A DNA stretch of 64,000 nucleotides from Nitrosopumilus sp. (GCA_965207075.1 CBDBLO010000002.1:1920001-1984000), one strand, 5' to 3'. Counted from the first letter of the stretch, positions 1 through 9,988 are shown. Notes: a model not told the origin generated them from the letters alone. Numbers and translations are program-made.

Positions 1-2827
1 GGGACAGACCGAGCCGGGCTGGTTCGGGCCGCCGGGGCCTGACTGCCAGATATTCGACGTGGGCACGCGCCACGGACACTATTCGACGGTCTTTGACAGG
101 GCCAGGGCGCACCACCTCATGAGCAGGGTGGCAAGGCTGGTTCAGCTGTCCAGAAGCGCCTGGATACAGTTCGTGTTCAGGCGCCACTCATTCGACTCCT
201 TCCTACGCGGGCACGTGAGCCGCCTCGACGCTAGGGCGCTCGAGATCAAGCAGGGTAACTATCTCAGCACGGCCGAGCTCATCACGCTTTCGGACAAAAA
301 GCCGCACGACCACCCGGAGCTGGGGTACGACTTTGCCAACAATTATGCGGGCCTCCAAAAGCACGCCACGCTCAAGACGCAGTCCGCCCAGGTCATCATG
401 AGCGTCCGCGGCATGATCAGGGGCGACCGCGAGATCAACCTCAACTTTGACGAGATCGAGTCCCTCCCGGTGGAGAACATATTCTCGGGGCACGAGCACC
501 TGACCAAGTTTCCATACAGAAACCAAGATTTCTGGGACGAGAAAAAGCCCAAGAAGGTGGAGATCCGCATAACCGACAGCAGGGAGCGGTTCCCCCGCAT
601 GGACGTCTTTGCGCGCAGGCTGCTGCCAGATCCCGACAAGCTGCTGGGTGCCGCCCGGGGGAGGTACTTTGACAAGGGGCTGCTGGGCGGGTACCGCGAC
701 CGCCCCCCGCTGCCGTTCCTCATACTGAACCTCTCGGAGATCCCGCTGCTCGTGCACCTGCCGGATCCCGTGGACACCCCGAACATAGAGGCCACCCGGG
801 GTGTTACGATCCCCTCGAGGTCATCTGCAAAGGCGGGCGCGCCGCTGGGGTTCTTCAGGCCCAAGCCAAGAGACTTTGACTGGGGCAAGACATGGGGCGT
901 CGTGGTGCCCTCCAAGGACGAGGACGCCGCGGTGATATCACCCGCGGATTTCGCCACCCACGTGTATGCGGTCGGCGCGTCAGGCTCGGGCAAGACCTCG
1001 CTTGTCAGGGTTATCGCAAAGCACTTGGAGGTGTGGAACGAGAACGGAACCATGCGCAACGCGTTCATTTACGTGGATCCCAAGGGGGACGACTCCCACA
1101 AGTTCGTCAGGCAGTGCGGTCCGGGCCCCATATCGGACGGGCGGATCCACTTTCTGGACCCCCAGAAGACAAAGTTCTCGATAAACCCGCTGGAGCTGCC
1201 GGACCACTCGCCGTGGGAGCGCGAGGAGGTCGTGTCTAGGCACGTCGGATATTTCATGAAGACCATAGAGGAGTGGTACCAGCAGTCTGCCAGCTACGTG
1301 CAGATGGAGCGCATCTTCCGCGCGCTTTTGTTCTACATGTACATGAAGCACGACGCGCCCACCTTCCTTGACATCCACCACGTCATACTCCGGCTCCAGG
1401 ACAGCGGACAGCAGGCCATGCCGGAAATCATACAGACGTACGGCACCCCCGAACCCGAGATGAGGCAGGCGCTCGACAGTATCGCCACCCTCAAGGGCGA
1501 CGCGTTCACACCCCTGCTCAACCGCGTCGAGCAGTTTGCGACAGACCCGGTGCTCAGGCGCATGTTCTCGGTCAGGAACGGCACCGTCGACTTTGGCGAG
1601 CTCATACAACCGGGCCACCAGACCATAGTCCGCATATCGCCGCTGAACATGCCCCACCACGTGCAGCCCCTGGCGATGCAGGCGTTCATACTGAAGCTGT
1701 GGTTTACGATACAAGAGCGGGCCAACCGCACGCCCGACGAGTCGGAGCGCACGCAGGTAGTACTCGCGTTAGACGAGTTCCAGATTGTAAAGGACCTGCA
1801 GGTGCTGCAGCTTATGCTGGAGCAGGCAAGGTCGCTGGGGCTCGGACTCGTACTGTCACACCAGACCACCGAGCAGATAAGCGACAAACAACTGGGACTC
1901 ATCACAGGCAACTCGGGCACGCAGCTGGTCGGCAAGGTGAACGGCAAGGACGCCTCCCGCATCGCCCAGATCTGGGATCCTCAGTTCCTGAAAGAGCTGC
2001 AGCAACAGCTCTCAAGCCAAGAGTACTTTCACTGGACGATCCGCGAAAAGGCGCCGCCGGGACTCGAGCAGCCTCCCCCTGTCCAGTTCTGGCTCTCCAG
2101 ACCGCCGGACATGATGACGGGTGACGCCGAGTATGACGCGTTCGTCAGCAAGCAGCTGGCCAAATACGGCGCAGGCGTAATCGGCCCCGACGCAATCGCG
2201 CAGGCGGCCAGGGAGAAGAGCATGTGGCTTGGGAACATCACGGTAGAGCTGCCCCCAAAGCTGGAGTGGGGGATAATGCGCCTCCTGCACGAGAACTCTG
2301 AAATGCAGCAGGGGGAGCTTGCCAAGGGACTCAGGGTCCAGAACCGCGACGAGGTGGCCGCGGCGCTCCGAGACATGGAAGGCAGGGGGATAGTGGAGCG
2401 TACAGGTACGGTGCGCACCTCGCCGTACAGGCTTTCCAAAGAGATAGAGCGGACGTATTTTGAGCTCGACCATGCGGAGGTGGGCACCGCGCCCGACGTT
2501 GCCGAGGTGGCAGATAAGGCGGTCTCGGCATACCTCAAGGAGGGACTGTTCGTGGCCGCCGCCTCCCAGCGGATCAAAAAAGGCAGAGACCGAACCGACC
2601 TGGTGGCCTATGACTATGCCCGGGAGGTTCCGATAAGCGTCGAGATAGAGTCGGTCAGCGAGGTGGACAGCCACCCGGAGCACGTCATGTACAACATGAC
2701 AAAGTGGGCCAAGATGGGCTTTGTCGAGTGCCACGTCTGGTCCAAGAGCCCCAAGATAAAGGGCATCAGGGAGCAGCTTGACGGAGAGCAGAAAAAGAGG
2801 GTCTCCGTGATTGTCATTTCATCCTGA
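1..2827 (+). CDS. HerA/TraD/VirB4-like P-loop ATPase with C-terminal winged helix and PD-(D/E)XK-like domain (copy A, 5' end outside window)
   Basis: Walker A GASGSGKT, YVDPKGD, Walker B LALDEFQ, EQARSLGLGLVLSHQ. C-terminus has RTDLVAYD...SVEIES. Near-identical to 21413..24547, whose homology extends upstream of position 59. Confidence 0.85.
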   Translation, partial: GQTEPGWFGPPGPDCQIFDVGTRHGHYSTVFDRARAHHLMSRVARLVQLSRSAWIQFVFRRHSFDSFLRGHVSRLDARALEIKQGNYLSTAELITLSDKKPHDHPELGYDFANNYAGLQKHATLKTQSAQVIMSVRGMIRGDREINLNFDEIESLPVENIFSGHEHLTKFPYRNQDFWDEKKPKKVEIRITDSRERFPRMDVFARRLLPDPDKLLGAARGRYFDKGLLGGYRDRPPLPFLILNLSEIPLLVHLPDPVDTPNIEATRGVTIPSRSSAKAGAPLGFFRPKPRDFDWGKTWGVVVPSKDEDAAVISPADFATHVYAVGASGSGKTSLVRVIAKHLEVWNENGTMRNAFIYVDPKGDDSHKFVRQCGPGPISDGRIHFLDPQKTKFSINPLELPDHSPWEREEVVSRHVGYFMKTIEEWYQQSASYVQMERIFRALLFYMYMKHDAPTFLDIHHVILRLQDSGQQAMPEIIQTYGTPEPEMRQALDSIATLKGDAFTPLLNRVEQFATDPVLRRMFSVRNGTVDFGELIQPGHQTIVRISPLNMPHHVQPLAMQAFILKLWFTIQERANRTPDESERTQVVLALDEFQIVKDLQVLQLMLEQARSLGLGLVLSHQTTEQISDKQLGLITGNSGTQLVGKVNGKDASRIAQIWDPQFLKELQQQLSSQEYFHWTIREKAPPGLEQPPPVQFWLSRPPDMMTGDAEYDAFVSKQLAKYGAGVIGPDAIAQAAREKSMWLGNITVELPPKLEWGIMRLLHENSEMQQGELAKGLRVQNRDEVAAALRDMEGRGIVERTGTVRTSPYRLSKEIERTYFELDHAEVGTAPDVAEVADKAVSAYLKEGLFVAAASQRIKKGRDRTDLVAYDYAREVPISVEIESVSEVDSHPEHVMYNMTKWAKMGFVECHVWSKSPKIKGIREQLDGEQKKRVSVIVISS

Positions 2828-3152
2828 GCTTTTCCATCCGGCTGGGCCCCCGGTCCGGCTTGCGCTCTAGAGCCTCGGCGAGATCCACCATGTAGCCGCC
2901 GTCACCTCCGCCCGCGTCTTCCGGCGGCCCGTCATACTTGTCAAGCGCGGCGGAGTCCTTGTCGGCTTCCGCGATGTCCTTCTTGGTGATGTCGGACTCG
3001 ACGGGCTTCATGATGACCTTGTTCTTTGATACGGCGAATCTGACGTACTGGTTTCTGCGTATACCGAGCGCGTGGACTATCTGGAGCGGTATTGTCACGG
3101 TATAGGAGCCCTGCCGGAACTGGACCTTTCTCTGCACATCTTTGAGTTCCAT
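2814..3152 (-). CDS. AbrB/MazE/SpoVT-fold DNA-binding protein (copy A)
   Basis: RKVQFRQGSYTVTIPLQIVHALGIRRNQYVRF...KVIMKP is the swapped-hairpin signature. ATG at 3152 lies 17 nt below a TATA-like motif. Confidence 0.85.
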   Translation of the reverse strand: MELKDVQRKVQFRQGSYTVTIPLQIVHALGIRRNQYVRFAVSKNKVIMKPVESDITKKDIAEADKDSAALDKYDGPPEDAGGGDGGYMVDLAEALERKPDRGPSRMEKLRMK

Positions 3153-3169
3153 GCAGCATGTGCCCTCGT

Positions 3170-3182
3170 ATGCATAAAAGGC
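3170..3182 (-). promoter_or_regulatory. GCCTTTTATGCAT TATA-like promoter motif of AbrB copy A
   Basis: Same 13-mer, 17 nt before the start codon, at 21049-21061 and 25439-25451. Confidence 0.65.
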
Positions 3183-3192
3183 AAGAAGAAAG

Positions 3193-3342
3193 TGCACAAT
3201 ATGCCCAGACGCCTCATTTCACATGCATTTTATGCAGCCAGAGGATGCATGATATGCACTTTTCGGGTTTTGGGGCATGCAGAATATGCATGTAGGCAAT
3301 ACAGAATATGCATGTAGGCAATACAGAATATGCATGTAGGCA
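3193..3342. repeat. Phased TGCA-N5-TGCA array, including a 22-bp tandem repeat (CAGAATATGCATGTAGGCAATA, ~3 copies, 3280-3342)
   Basis: Units start at 3193, 3224, 3246, 3278, 3300 and 3322 (some with one degenerate half-site). Confidence 0.85.
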
Positions 3343-3384
3343 TGGTTCGGGCCGCCACCCACACCCGTCTACGAAGGGAATCTG

Positions 3385-3546
3385 ATTCGCATTTACTCAT
3401 AGACTAACAAAACGAACCAACTCGCACACACAATCCTGAAGATCACGGGGGCCGCCTGGCGGCGGCCCCCTCCCACCTCTTGTCAGGCCTGACGGCCTGA
3501 CCACCCACAAAAAACATGGCCGGCCAACAGAGTCGGCGGCTTTCAT
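3385..3546. other. Conserved non-coding element with two hairpins (copy A)
   Basis: Reverse complement of ~20685-20844. Stems GGGGGCCGCC/GGCGGCCCCC (3447-3470) and GTCAGGCC/GGCCTGAC (3482-3501). Confidence 0.75.
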
Positions 3547-3687
3547 ATACGTACTAGTCACACGATCGGCCTTGATTTCTGAAATTATTAAGAAGACGTT
3601 CTTAGAACATAGCATCAGAAGCCTCTGGATCCTTTTGAATAGCCGTAGTGTTCAAAACAAATTATCATTATCAGTATGTTTTGAAGT

Positions 3688-4299
3688 CTAGGAGAATCTG
3701 GTCTGGATAGGTTTTTTCTTTGCTGGTCTGTATTTCTGGCGTAGCTCTTTAGCATCGCACACCGCCTGCGCAAGCATCTTCCTGTAGTTGTTATATCCCG
3801 GAAGATTCCCATCAATGCCCATCTTGTTTAGCTTTTCTAGCTCCTGTTCAAAGATCCCATAACGCTTCAACGTTTTGTGTTTTCTAAGAAGTCTTCCATA
3901 ATAATAGTACGGAACTTTATCGATTACTTGTTTCTCTTCTAGATATTTACCAAAAGCCATTACCTCATTAGGATAGCTTATTCCTGTATCTCTCTTTATC
4001 GCAGTTGAATAGTTGGTTACAAAGAAGTCATCCTCAGTCGTGTTATTGAATACATACAATACTCTTCCTATCTTCCACCACATAGTTGAAGTCATCCTAG
4101 AGTATTGCTTTGGAGTATTTTGAGCCTTTACGCGCTTGATCTTCTTAATTGTCTGGATGTACTGTCCGTTAAATTCTAATAGCTTTTCATGAGTATCTTC
4201 TCGGACCTTGAAATAATACATACTGTTTAGGCCCATCGTGATGTTTTCGAATCCTTCGCTGTCCTTTATCAGCGCTATTTTGACAGGTATCTTGTTCAT
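3688..4299 (-). CDS. Hypothetical basic protein, coupled to the MORC-like ATPase
   Basis: 203-aa AT-rich ORF with a 4-bp overlap with the upstream gene. WWKIGRVL loosely recalls DUF1016 N-termini. Confidence 0.65.
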   Translation of the reverse strand: MNKIPVKIALIKDSEGFENITMGLNSMYYFKVREDTHEKLLEFNGQYIQTIKKIKRVKAQNTPKQYSRMTSTMWWKIGRVLYVFNNTTEDDFFVTNYSTAIKRDTGISYPNEVMAFGKYLEEKQVIDKVPYYYYGRLLRKHKTLKRYGIFEQELEKLNKMGIDGNLPGYNNYRKMLAQAVCDAKELRQKYRPAKKKPIQTRFS

Positions 4300-5852
4300 T
4301 CCAACATCTGATTTAGTATGGCTCTGGAGAAATTCAGGGCTTTTTCAGCGGTTATAGTTTCATCATTTTTAGCGCCGTATGATACAACAGCACTTGCAAT
4401 AACTCTAGCCTTGTGGTAATTGTAAACGGGGCTTGCCTCCTTGTATTTCTGATTAAGTGGATGAGCAGTGTTATAGACAATCGCCATTTCCGGAGTTTCT
4501 TGCACCCAGCATTCCTCGGCACTGTGAGGATCATTCAAATCGAAAATATCAATACCGCCGCTTCGTCTTCTCTTAATTTTGGCCTTCAACGGCGCATCGT
4601 TATCGTCGTCTTTTAAGACACCTTCCTCGTGTTTTGCATCTTTGGAATTTTCATCATTAACACTCCAATCATCGACATCAACGCTCGTCCTGTCTATTGG
4701 GGGAGGATCTATAGTTGGAGATGATGGTGGATCAGCATCGGGATCCAAATCAGCATCTACATCTCCATCGGAGTTCAGCATGGGGATTCTCTGCTGGGCA
4801 ATCTTCATAAGCGGACCCAAAAATTTGTATTCTTTGTGCTTCAAAATCTCGTTTAGTCTTTCAGTGAGTCTAGAATCAATCGCCTGTTTTCTACGAGTGT
4901 TGTGTATATCACCTGATATCAGGTTCCGTTCTTTCAGAAAGTCATAAAAACACTGTTTGACTGTTTTAAGAACTTCATTTACCTTTGGCAATTTCTTAAA
5001 ATCTTCTTTGTTACTTGTAAGTTCGGCCGCCAAAACATTAACTTCGACGATTCCAAACACTTTGTTGTTCATACCATCCTTAATGTTGTCGGAAAAGCTG
5101 ACGACTTCATTTTTTATTCTCTTTCCAAATACCGAATATGTAAGATGAAGATACCCGTCGGGAGCAGGATCATCAGAAATGTAAAAGTAGCAGTAAATTT
5201 TGTGTGACTTGTACTTTACAGTTCTTTTAAATTTCTGCCCTTTTGGCTCCCATGCGTCTATTTTCCTGCCGTCTACGAATATCGACATTTGGTTTGTCAA
5301 GATTCTCTGACTGAACCAGAACTGGATTATGCTTATTATATACTCATATAAATTGTTTAGGATTAGTACCGGAAGCTTAACCCTGTATATGGTTCCTTTC
5401 GGTTGGTAGTAATGCGCAGGCAGTAGTTTTTTGACTTTCGGAGTTTTTAGACTTGTCTCATATTTGATGAGATGGCCTTTTTTATACATTCTCGAAACAA
5501 AGAAATTTTTTCCCTCACCTGTGATGGTAACTATCTCTTTGCCATAATCTGAACCCAAGAATATCTTTGCACCAACACCAGCAAAACCGATTGATCCTCC
5601 TTTCGACTTGCTTGACAACGATATTGTATGATAATTTTTAAAATCTCTCGGACTCATAGGAGCGCCATTGTTATGGATTTCTATAAAATTATTGTTTTCT
5701 TCCTTGTGAAAATTGATTTTTATTTTTGTAGCTCCTGCATCGATTCCATTAGCCACAGCCTCAAGTATCAGAACCTCTTCCTCATCAGAAGTATACATTC
5801 CTAAAAGATTTACAAGAGTCTGTTCAATGCGAATTGGCAAATCATCATCCAT
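4296..5852 (-). CDS. GHKL (MORC/HATPase_c_3-like) ATPase
   Basis: EAVANGIDAGA (N box), IHNNGAPM (G1) and IGFAGVGAK (G2). Confidence 0.8.
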   Translation of the reverse strand: MDDDLPIRIEQTLVNLLGMYTSDEEEVLILEAVANGIDAGATKIKINFHKEENNNFIEIHNNGAPMSPRDFKNYHTISLSSKSKGGSIGFAGVGAKIFLGSDYGKEIVTITGEGKNFFVSRMYKKGHLIKYETSLKTPKVKKLLPAHYYQPKGTIYRVKLPVLILNNLYEYIISIIQFWFSQRILTNQMSIFVDGRKIDAWEPKGQKFKRTVKYKSHKIYCYFYISDDPAPDGYLHLTYSVFGKRIKNEVVSFSDNIKDGMNNKVFGIVEVNVLAAELTSNKEDFKKLPKVNEVLKTVKQCFYDFLKERNLISGDIHNTRRKQAIDSRLTERLNEILKHKEYKFLGPLMKIAQQRIPMLNSDGDVDADLDPDADPPSSPTIDPPPIDRTSVDVDDWSVNDENSKDAKHEEGVLKDDDNDAPLKAKIKRRRSGGIDIFDLNDPHSAEECWVQETPEMAIVYNTAHPLNQKYKEASPVYNYHKARVIASAVVSYGAKNDETITAEKALNFSRAILNQMLE

Positions 5853-6207
5853 GTCGTAATTTCGGAGATGCGAGATTTAAGTATAGCTCATAACGTAATC
5901 TGGTACATAATTCTCCAATCTGACCCGATTGAAAGGCATTGTTTTGCAATGTATCACAAGCCACTCTACTGCCACACAAATTGGACAGGATGCGCTACAG
6001 TGCTTCCAAATCATCGTGTTAATGAATGTACAATTCACCTACAGCAAGCCGGCCGCGCTTCCAAGTCTACGGATAACGGTAAGACTCGATACCTTGCATG
6101 TTTTGACACCTTGCAGACATCAATACGCATTCCACAGTGATGGGAGTGACTTTTAGAAAGTTCTGCTTTTTGAAAAGAATAAAAACACTATATTCGATAG
6201 GTATGCA

Positions 6208-8553
6208 ATGAACCACATCAATACTGCCTTCCCAGAGGAAAAAAGACCCATGATGTACAAGATGATGAAGTGGTGGGGCGGGAAACCTCACAACATCTGG
6301 TCTGCATACATAGATCGCTATTCAGACCAAGGAGATATAATTCTTGATCCATTCTGCGGTCGTGGAGTAGGCATAATCGAATCCGTGAGGCTCGGAAGAA
6401 AAGCCATAGGAGTAGATCTAAACCCAATCGCAATTTTTCAAACACAGATGATTTCCATGGACATAGACACAAGAAAAATCAAAGACATGTGGCAATCCAT
6501 CAAGAAGGATCTGAGAGATCTTGAAGAGTCATCCGGCCTGTTCAAAACCAAATGCATTCAGTGTCATAAATACGCACGGCTTGGCACTATGAACCGAGAG
6601 AACGGCATTCCATACAAGATATTCTATCAATGTACATGCAATAAAAAACCATTGGGCAAAGAACCCACATCCAATGATCTTGAACTTTGTACAAAATCTG
6701 ACGATATTGACATAAAATGGCCCTATCCTAATAACAAATTTCCACAATCAGAATCCTTCAGCATGGCAGTGAATAATTTTGGCGAATCGTATGACAAGTT
6801 GTATACTCGGAGAAACCTATATGCACTGGCAGGTATCTTTGACAGGATCAACCGTATAGAACCAAAAGAGATGAGGTTTATGTTCCAATTCGCATTTGTC
6901 TCAATGGTGCATCTGGCAACAAAGATCCCAAGTGTTAGGGAGAATTCAGACCGAGTGATGTCTGGAAGCTGGGGGAGACCAGGTTTCCTCAAGGTGAGAA
7001 AGAACATGGAAATGAACCCGTTTATTCTGTTTGAAAGAGCAGTGGAAAAAAACCAAGGCATACTAAAGGGAAAGGCAAGTTCTGCAGAGCGACTACAGCG
7101 CAAGATAAAACCCGCGAGAGACGTCCAAGAATTGTTAGATGGCGAGAAAAATATGCTCCTTTTAAAACACAACACTGCTGAACTGTGCGATGTCATACCT
7201 GAAAACAGTGTGGATTATGTAATCACGGATCCGCCCTATGGGGGCTTGATACAGTACTTTGACCTCAGCTCTATATGGAGTGTGTGGCTAAGGCTCACGG
7301 ATCCTTCTTTTGAGATGATGTTTGAGGACGAGATTACAATAGATGCCAAAAAGGCCAAACCATTTACTGAATATCACAGGATGCTGTCACTGGCATTTGG
7401 GCAGATCTATAAAATTCTCAAACCCGAGAAATACATGACTGTCACGTTCCACAATGATAAACCCATTATATTCAACTCGATCTTGAGAGCATGTCAAGAT
7501 CAGGGTTTTGTTCTTGAAAAGATACTCTTTCAGATGAACCGTAGAGCCGGAGAGACCGGGGCGTCCTCACCCTGGGGCACGTCGGTCAGTGATTTCTACA
7601 TCCGTTTCTTCAAGCCTAAAGAAAGACCCAGTGTACTGTCTCAATACATTTCCACCAAATTTGAAAATATCGTGAAAAATGAAGCCAAGAAAGTAATTGC
7701 TGAAAGAGGAGAGCCGACAGAAATTTCAGCCATGATTCCTCACATATACACCGAGATGGGCAAATCTGGAATGCAAATTGACTTTACGGGTGATGACCAA
7801 ATCTCCACCATCTTGCATGGAGACGGGGATTTTGTTGAGATGGTGAAAAACCAGTGGTGGTTGTCCGACGGTGCTCAGACGCAGCACAAGTTGCAAACTC
7901 CCCTATCCGAAAGGGTTGAAACATCCGTAATATCTATTCTACAGTCGCGGTACAAAGTATCTTATGATGAGGTTCTGCAGTCTCTGTTTGAGAAATTCCC
8001 GAATTCTCTTACGCCAAACACCGAAAATATAAAAGAATATCTGCAACAATACGCAGGCAAGACTTCAGATGGTAAATGGAAGATAAACCCCAACATGGGC
8101 AAGGAGGAGGTTACCCGTGAGCACACCGAGCTGGAGAAAATCCTATGTAAACTAGGAGTACAATTTGGCTATAAGGTGTGGTCACCGGACCATGCAAAAG
8201 ATCAGGAAATGAAAGAGATATGCGAGGATTTTGACCTAGACGTTCCAAATGCGGACCGGGTCAAGAACATAGATGTGTTGTGGATAAAAGATGGTATTGT
8301 AAAGTATGCATTCGAAGTTGAGAATTCCACGAGTATAACTTCTGCTCTTGAAAGGTGTTCAAACATCAAAGATGTGACGGTGAAGAGAATAATGGTCGTA
8401 CCGCAGGAACGGAAGAATTTCCTTGAGAGGAAGAAGAAAGAGCCAATGTTCATAGACTACTTTACAAAGGACAACTGGAAAGTTATCTGGTATGACAAAC
8501 TTAAAAGCCACAGGTATGGAACAGAACAGGCGTTTTTGCAGCTTGTGCGTTAG
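6208..8553 (+). CDS. DNA amino-methyltransferase with C-terminal restriction-endonuclease-like domain
   Basis: DPFCGRG (motif I), TDPPY (motif IV), Cys cluster CIQC..CTC, and C-terminal IDVLW...FEVENS. Confidence 0.8.
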   Translation: MNHINTAFPEEKRPMMYKMMKWWGGKPHNIWSAYIDRYSDQGDIILDPFCGRGVGIIESVRLGRKAIGVDLNPIAIFQTQMISMDIDTRKIKDMWQSIKKDLRDLEESSGLFKTKCIQCHKYARLGTMNRENGIPYKIFYQCTCNKKPLGKEPTSNDLELCTKSDDIDIKWPYPNNKFPQSESFSMAVNNFGESYDKLYTRRNLYALAGIFDRINRIEPKEMRFMFQFAFVSMVHLATKIPSVRENSDRVMSGSWGRPGFLKVRKNMEMNPFILFERAVEKNQGILKGKASSAERLQRKIKPARDVQELLDGEKNMLLLKHNTAELCDVIPENSVDYVITDPPYGGLIQYFDLSSIWSVWLRLTDPSFEMMFEDEITIDAKKAKPFTEYHRMLSLAFGQIYKILKPEKYMTVTFHNDKPIIFNSILRACQDQGFVLEKILFQMNRRAGETGASSPWGTSVSDFYIRFFKPKERPSVLSQYISTKFENIVKNEAKKVIAERGEPTEISAMIPHIYTEMGKSGMQIDFTGDDQISTILHGDGDFVEMVKNQWWLSDGAQTQHKLQTPLSERVETSVISILQSRYKVSYDEVLQSLFEKFPNSLTPNTENIKEYLQQYAGKTSDGKWKINPNMGKEEVTREHTELEKILCKLGVQFGYKVWSPDHAKDQEMKEICEDFDLDVPNADRVKNIDVLWIKDGIVKYAFEVENSTSITSALERCSNIKDVTVKRIMVVPQERKNFLERKKKEPMFIDYFTKDNWKVIWYDKLKSHRYGTEQAFLQLVR

Positions 8554-9386
8554 ATCTTTCTAAAATTCAGTAAATATTGATGCACGTGGTTTATCTTGAA
8601 TGCGTATGGATACCCAAACGGATACAGCGGCTTGCTGTCCTGTACTAGAATAATGTTTCCTACGAACTCAAAACCTGTTTTTTGCATAAGGGTTATCATA
8701 TCACCGTGGGCATTGGTCTCTTTCTTGGCTACCGTAAAGTCGCTGATCACCACTGTACAATATTTCTTTTCATTAAGTTTTTTGTATAGCTCTGCCATTA
8801 TTTTCTCAATAGATTTTAAGTATGCCATGTATGTCTTCTTGTTGCCCACATCATTTGATTCATCCGAGTAGTATTCCACACCTTGTCTTCTCTGGCTTCC
8901 ATCGTGACGGATTCCACGACCTTTGTTTTTCAATATGTTGTGGTATGGAGGGGATGTAACGCAATAGTCAATGGCATCCAGCTTTCTAATCTCCTTTAAT
9001 GAATCTCCAGGGATTACAGAATACATGCGTCTTGGAATCTTGAGCTTACGAAGTCTTTTTCTAGCGAGAGTACAATATTGCTTGTTAAGTTCTATACCTG
9101 TACTGTGCCGGCCCGTCATAGCAGCAGCGATCATGCTTGTGCCACTACCCATGAAAATATCTAATACGTTGTCATTCTTTTTGGTAAACAGAAGGATTAG
9201 CCTCTTGATGTCTTCGACCAAAAATGGAGCGGGGTGTTCAAATGCATCCTTGTCTATGGCGTTTCTCTTGCTCATCCACACACTCTTGGACATTTGGAGC
9301 CATTCCTTACCCGTGAGATCGTTCAACGTGTTGCGTCCGTCGTAGATTCCTTTCTCACCCATGTCTGTTTTCAATACTGTTGCCAT
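8550..9386 (-). CDS. DNA methyltransferase, probably N4-cytosine
   Basis: HPAPF, DIFMGSGT (motif I) and TSPPY (motif IV). Confidence 0.85.
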   Translation of the reverse strand: MATVLKTDMGEKGIYDGRNTLNDLTGKEWLQMSKSVWMSKRNAIDKDAFEHPAPFLVEDIKRLILLFTKKNDNVLDIFMGSGTSMIAAAMTGRHSTGIELNKQYCTLARKRLRKLKIPRRMYSVIPGDSLKEIRKLDAIDYCVTSPPYHNILKNKGRGIRHDGSQRRQGVEYYSDESNDVGNKKTYMAYLKSIEKIMAELYKKLNEKKYCTVVISDFTVAKKETNAHGDMITLMQKTGFEFVGNIILVQDSKPLYPFGYPYAFKINHVHQYLLNFRKI

Positions 9387-9988
9387 GATACAATCACTTT
9401 GTTCGATTTCTTCATTATCAGAATGTCGGTTTTGGTTCTTTTTACGTTTTTCTTAAATCTGGCTTATATACCGTATCTGAGAATCATGTCACTTCGGATT
9501 CTATACACAACATGTACATGCTGTACCTGTTCGTATTGTCAGACATGCTAAAGGTACCAAATGGCATCTTACCGAGAAGGAACCTCTACACGTAAGCTCT
9601 GATATATGATGTCAATCAGTACAATGACCACAACGTCTTTCCAGCGAGAGCCATCGGTTTGAACAAGTAGTTTACAAACAAGATCTATGAAAGCAGTTTC
9701 TGAAATCAAAAAATTGGTAATAGATAGAAATACTCCTCACACTAGAGCAAAAGCACTTTAGTTGTTGTCTCTGCTGCCACCGGATGGCTTGCCGGGTTTC
9801 TTGCTAGGCCAGCCGCCGCCCCCACCTTTTTTAGCTTGTATCATATCATTACATCAACGTGCTTCTTATTATGTTGTGCCTATCCCGTATCTGAAGGTGC
9901 CACAAAATCCTTTTGAACAAGCATGTGATACAACCGAACATGTTGCAAAGTCATTGTGCAAAACAAGAACCACGGGAGTAACAACACT

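Noticed and set aside
3280-3342. Possible mini-CRISPR
   Set aside because: The 22-bp units are head-to-tail without spacers, and there are no cas genes in the window.
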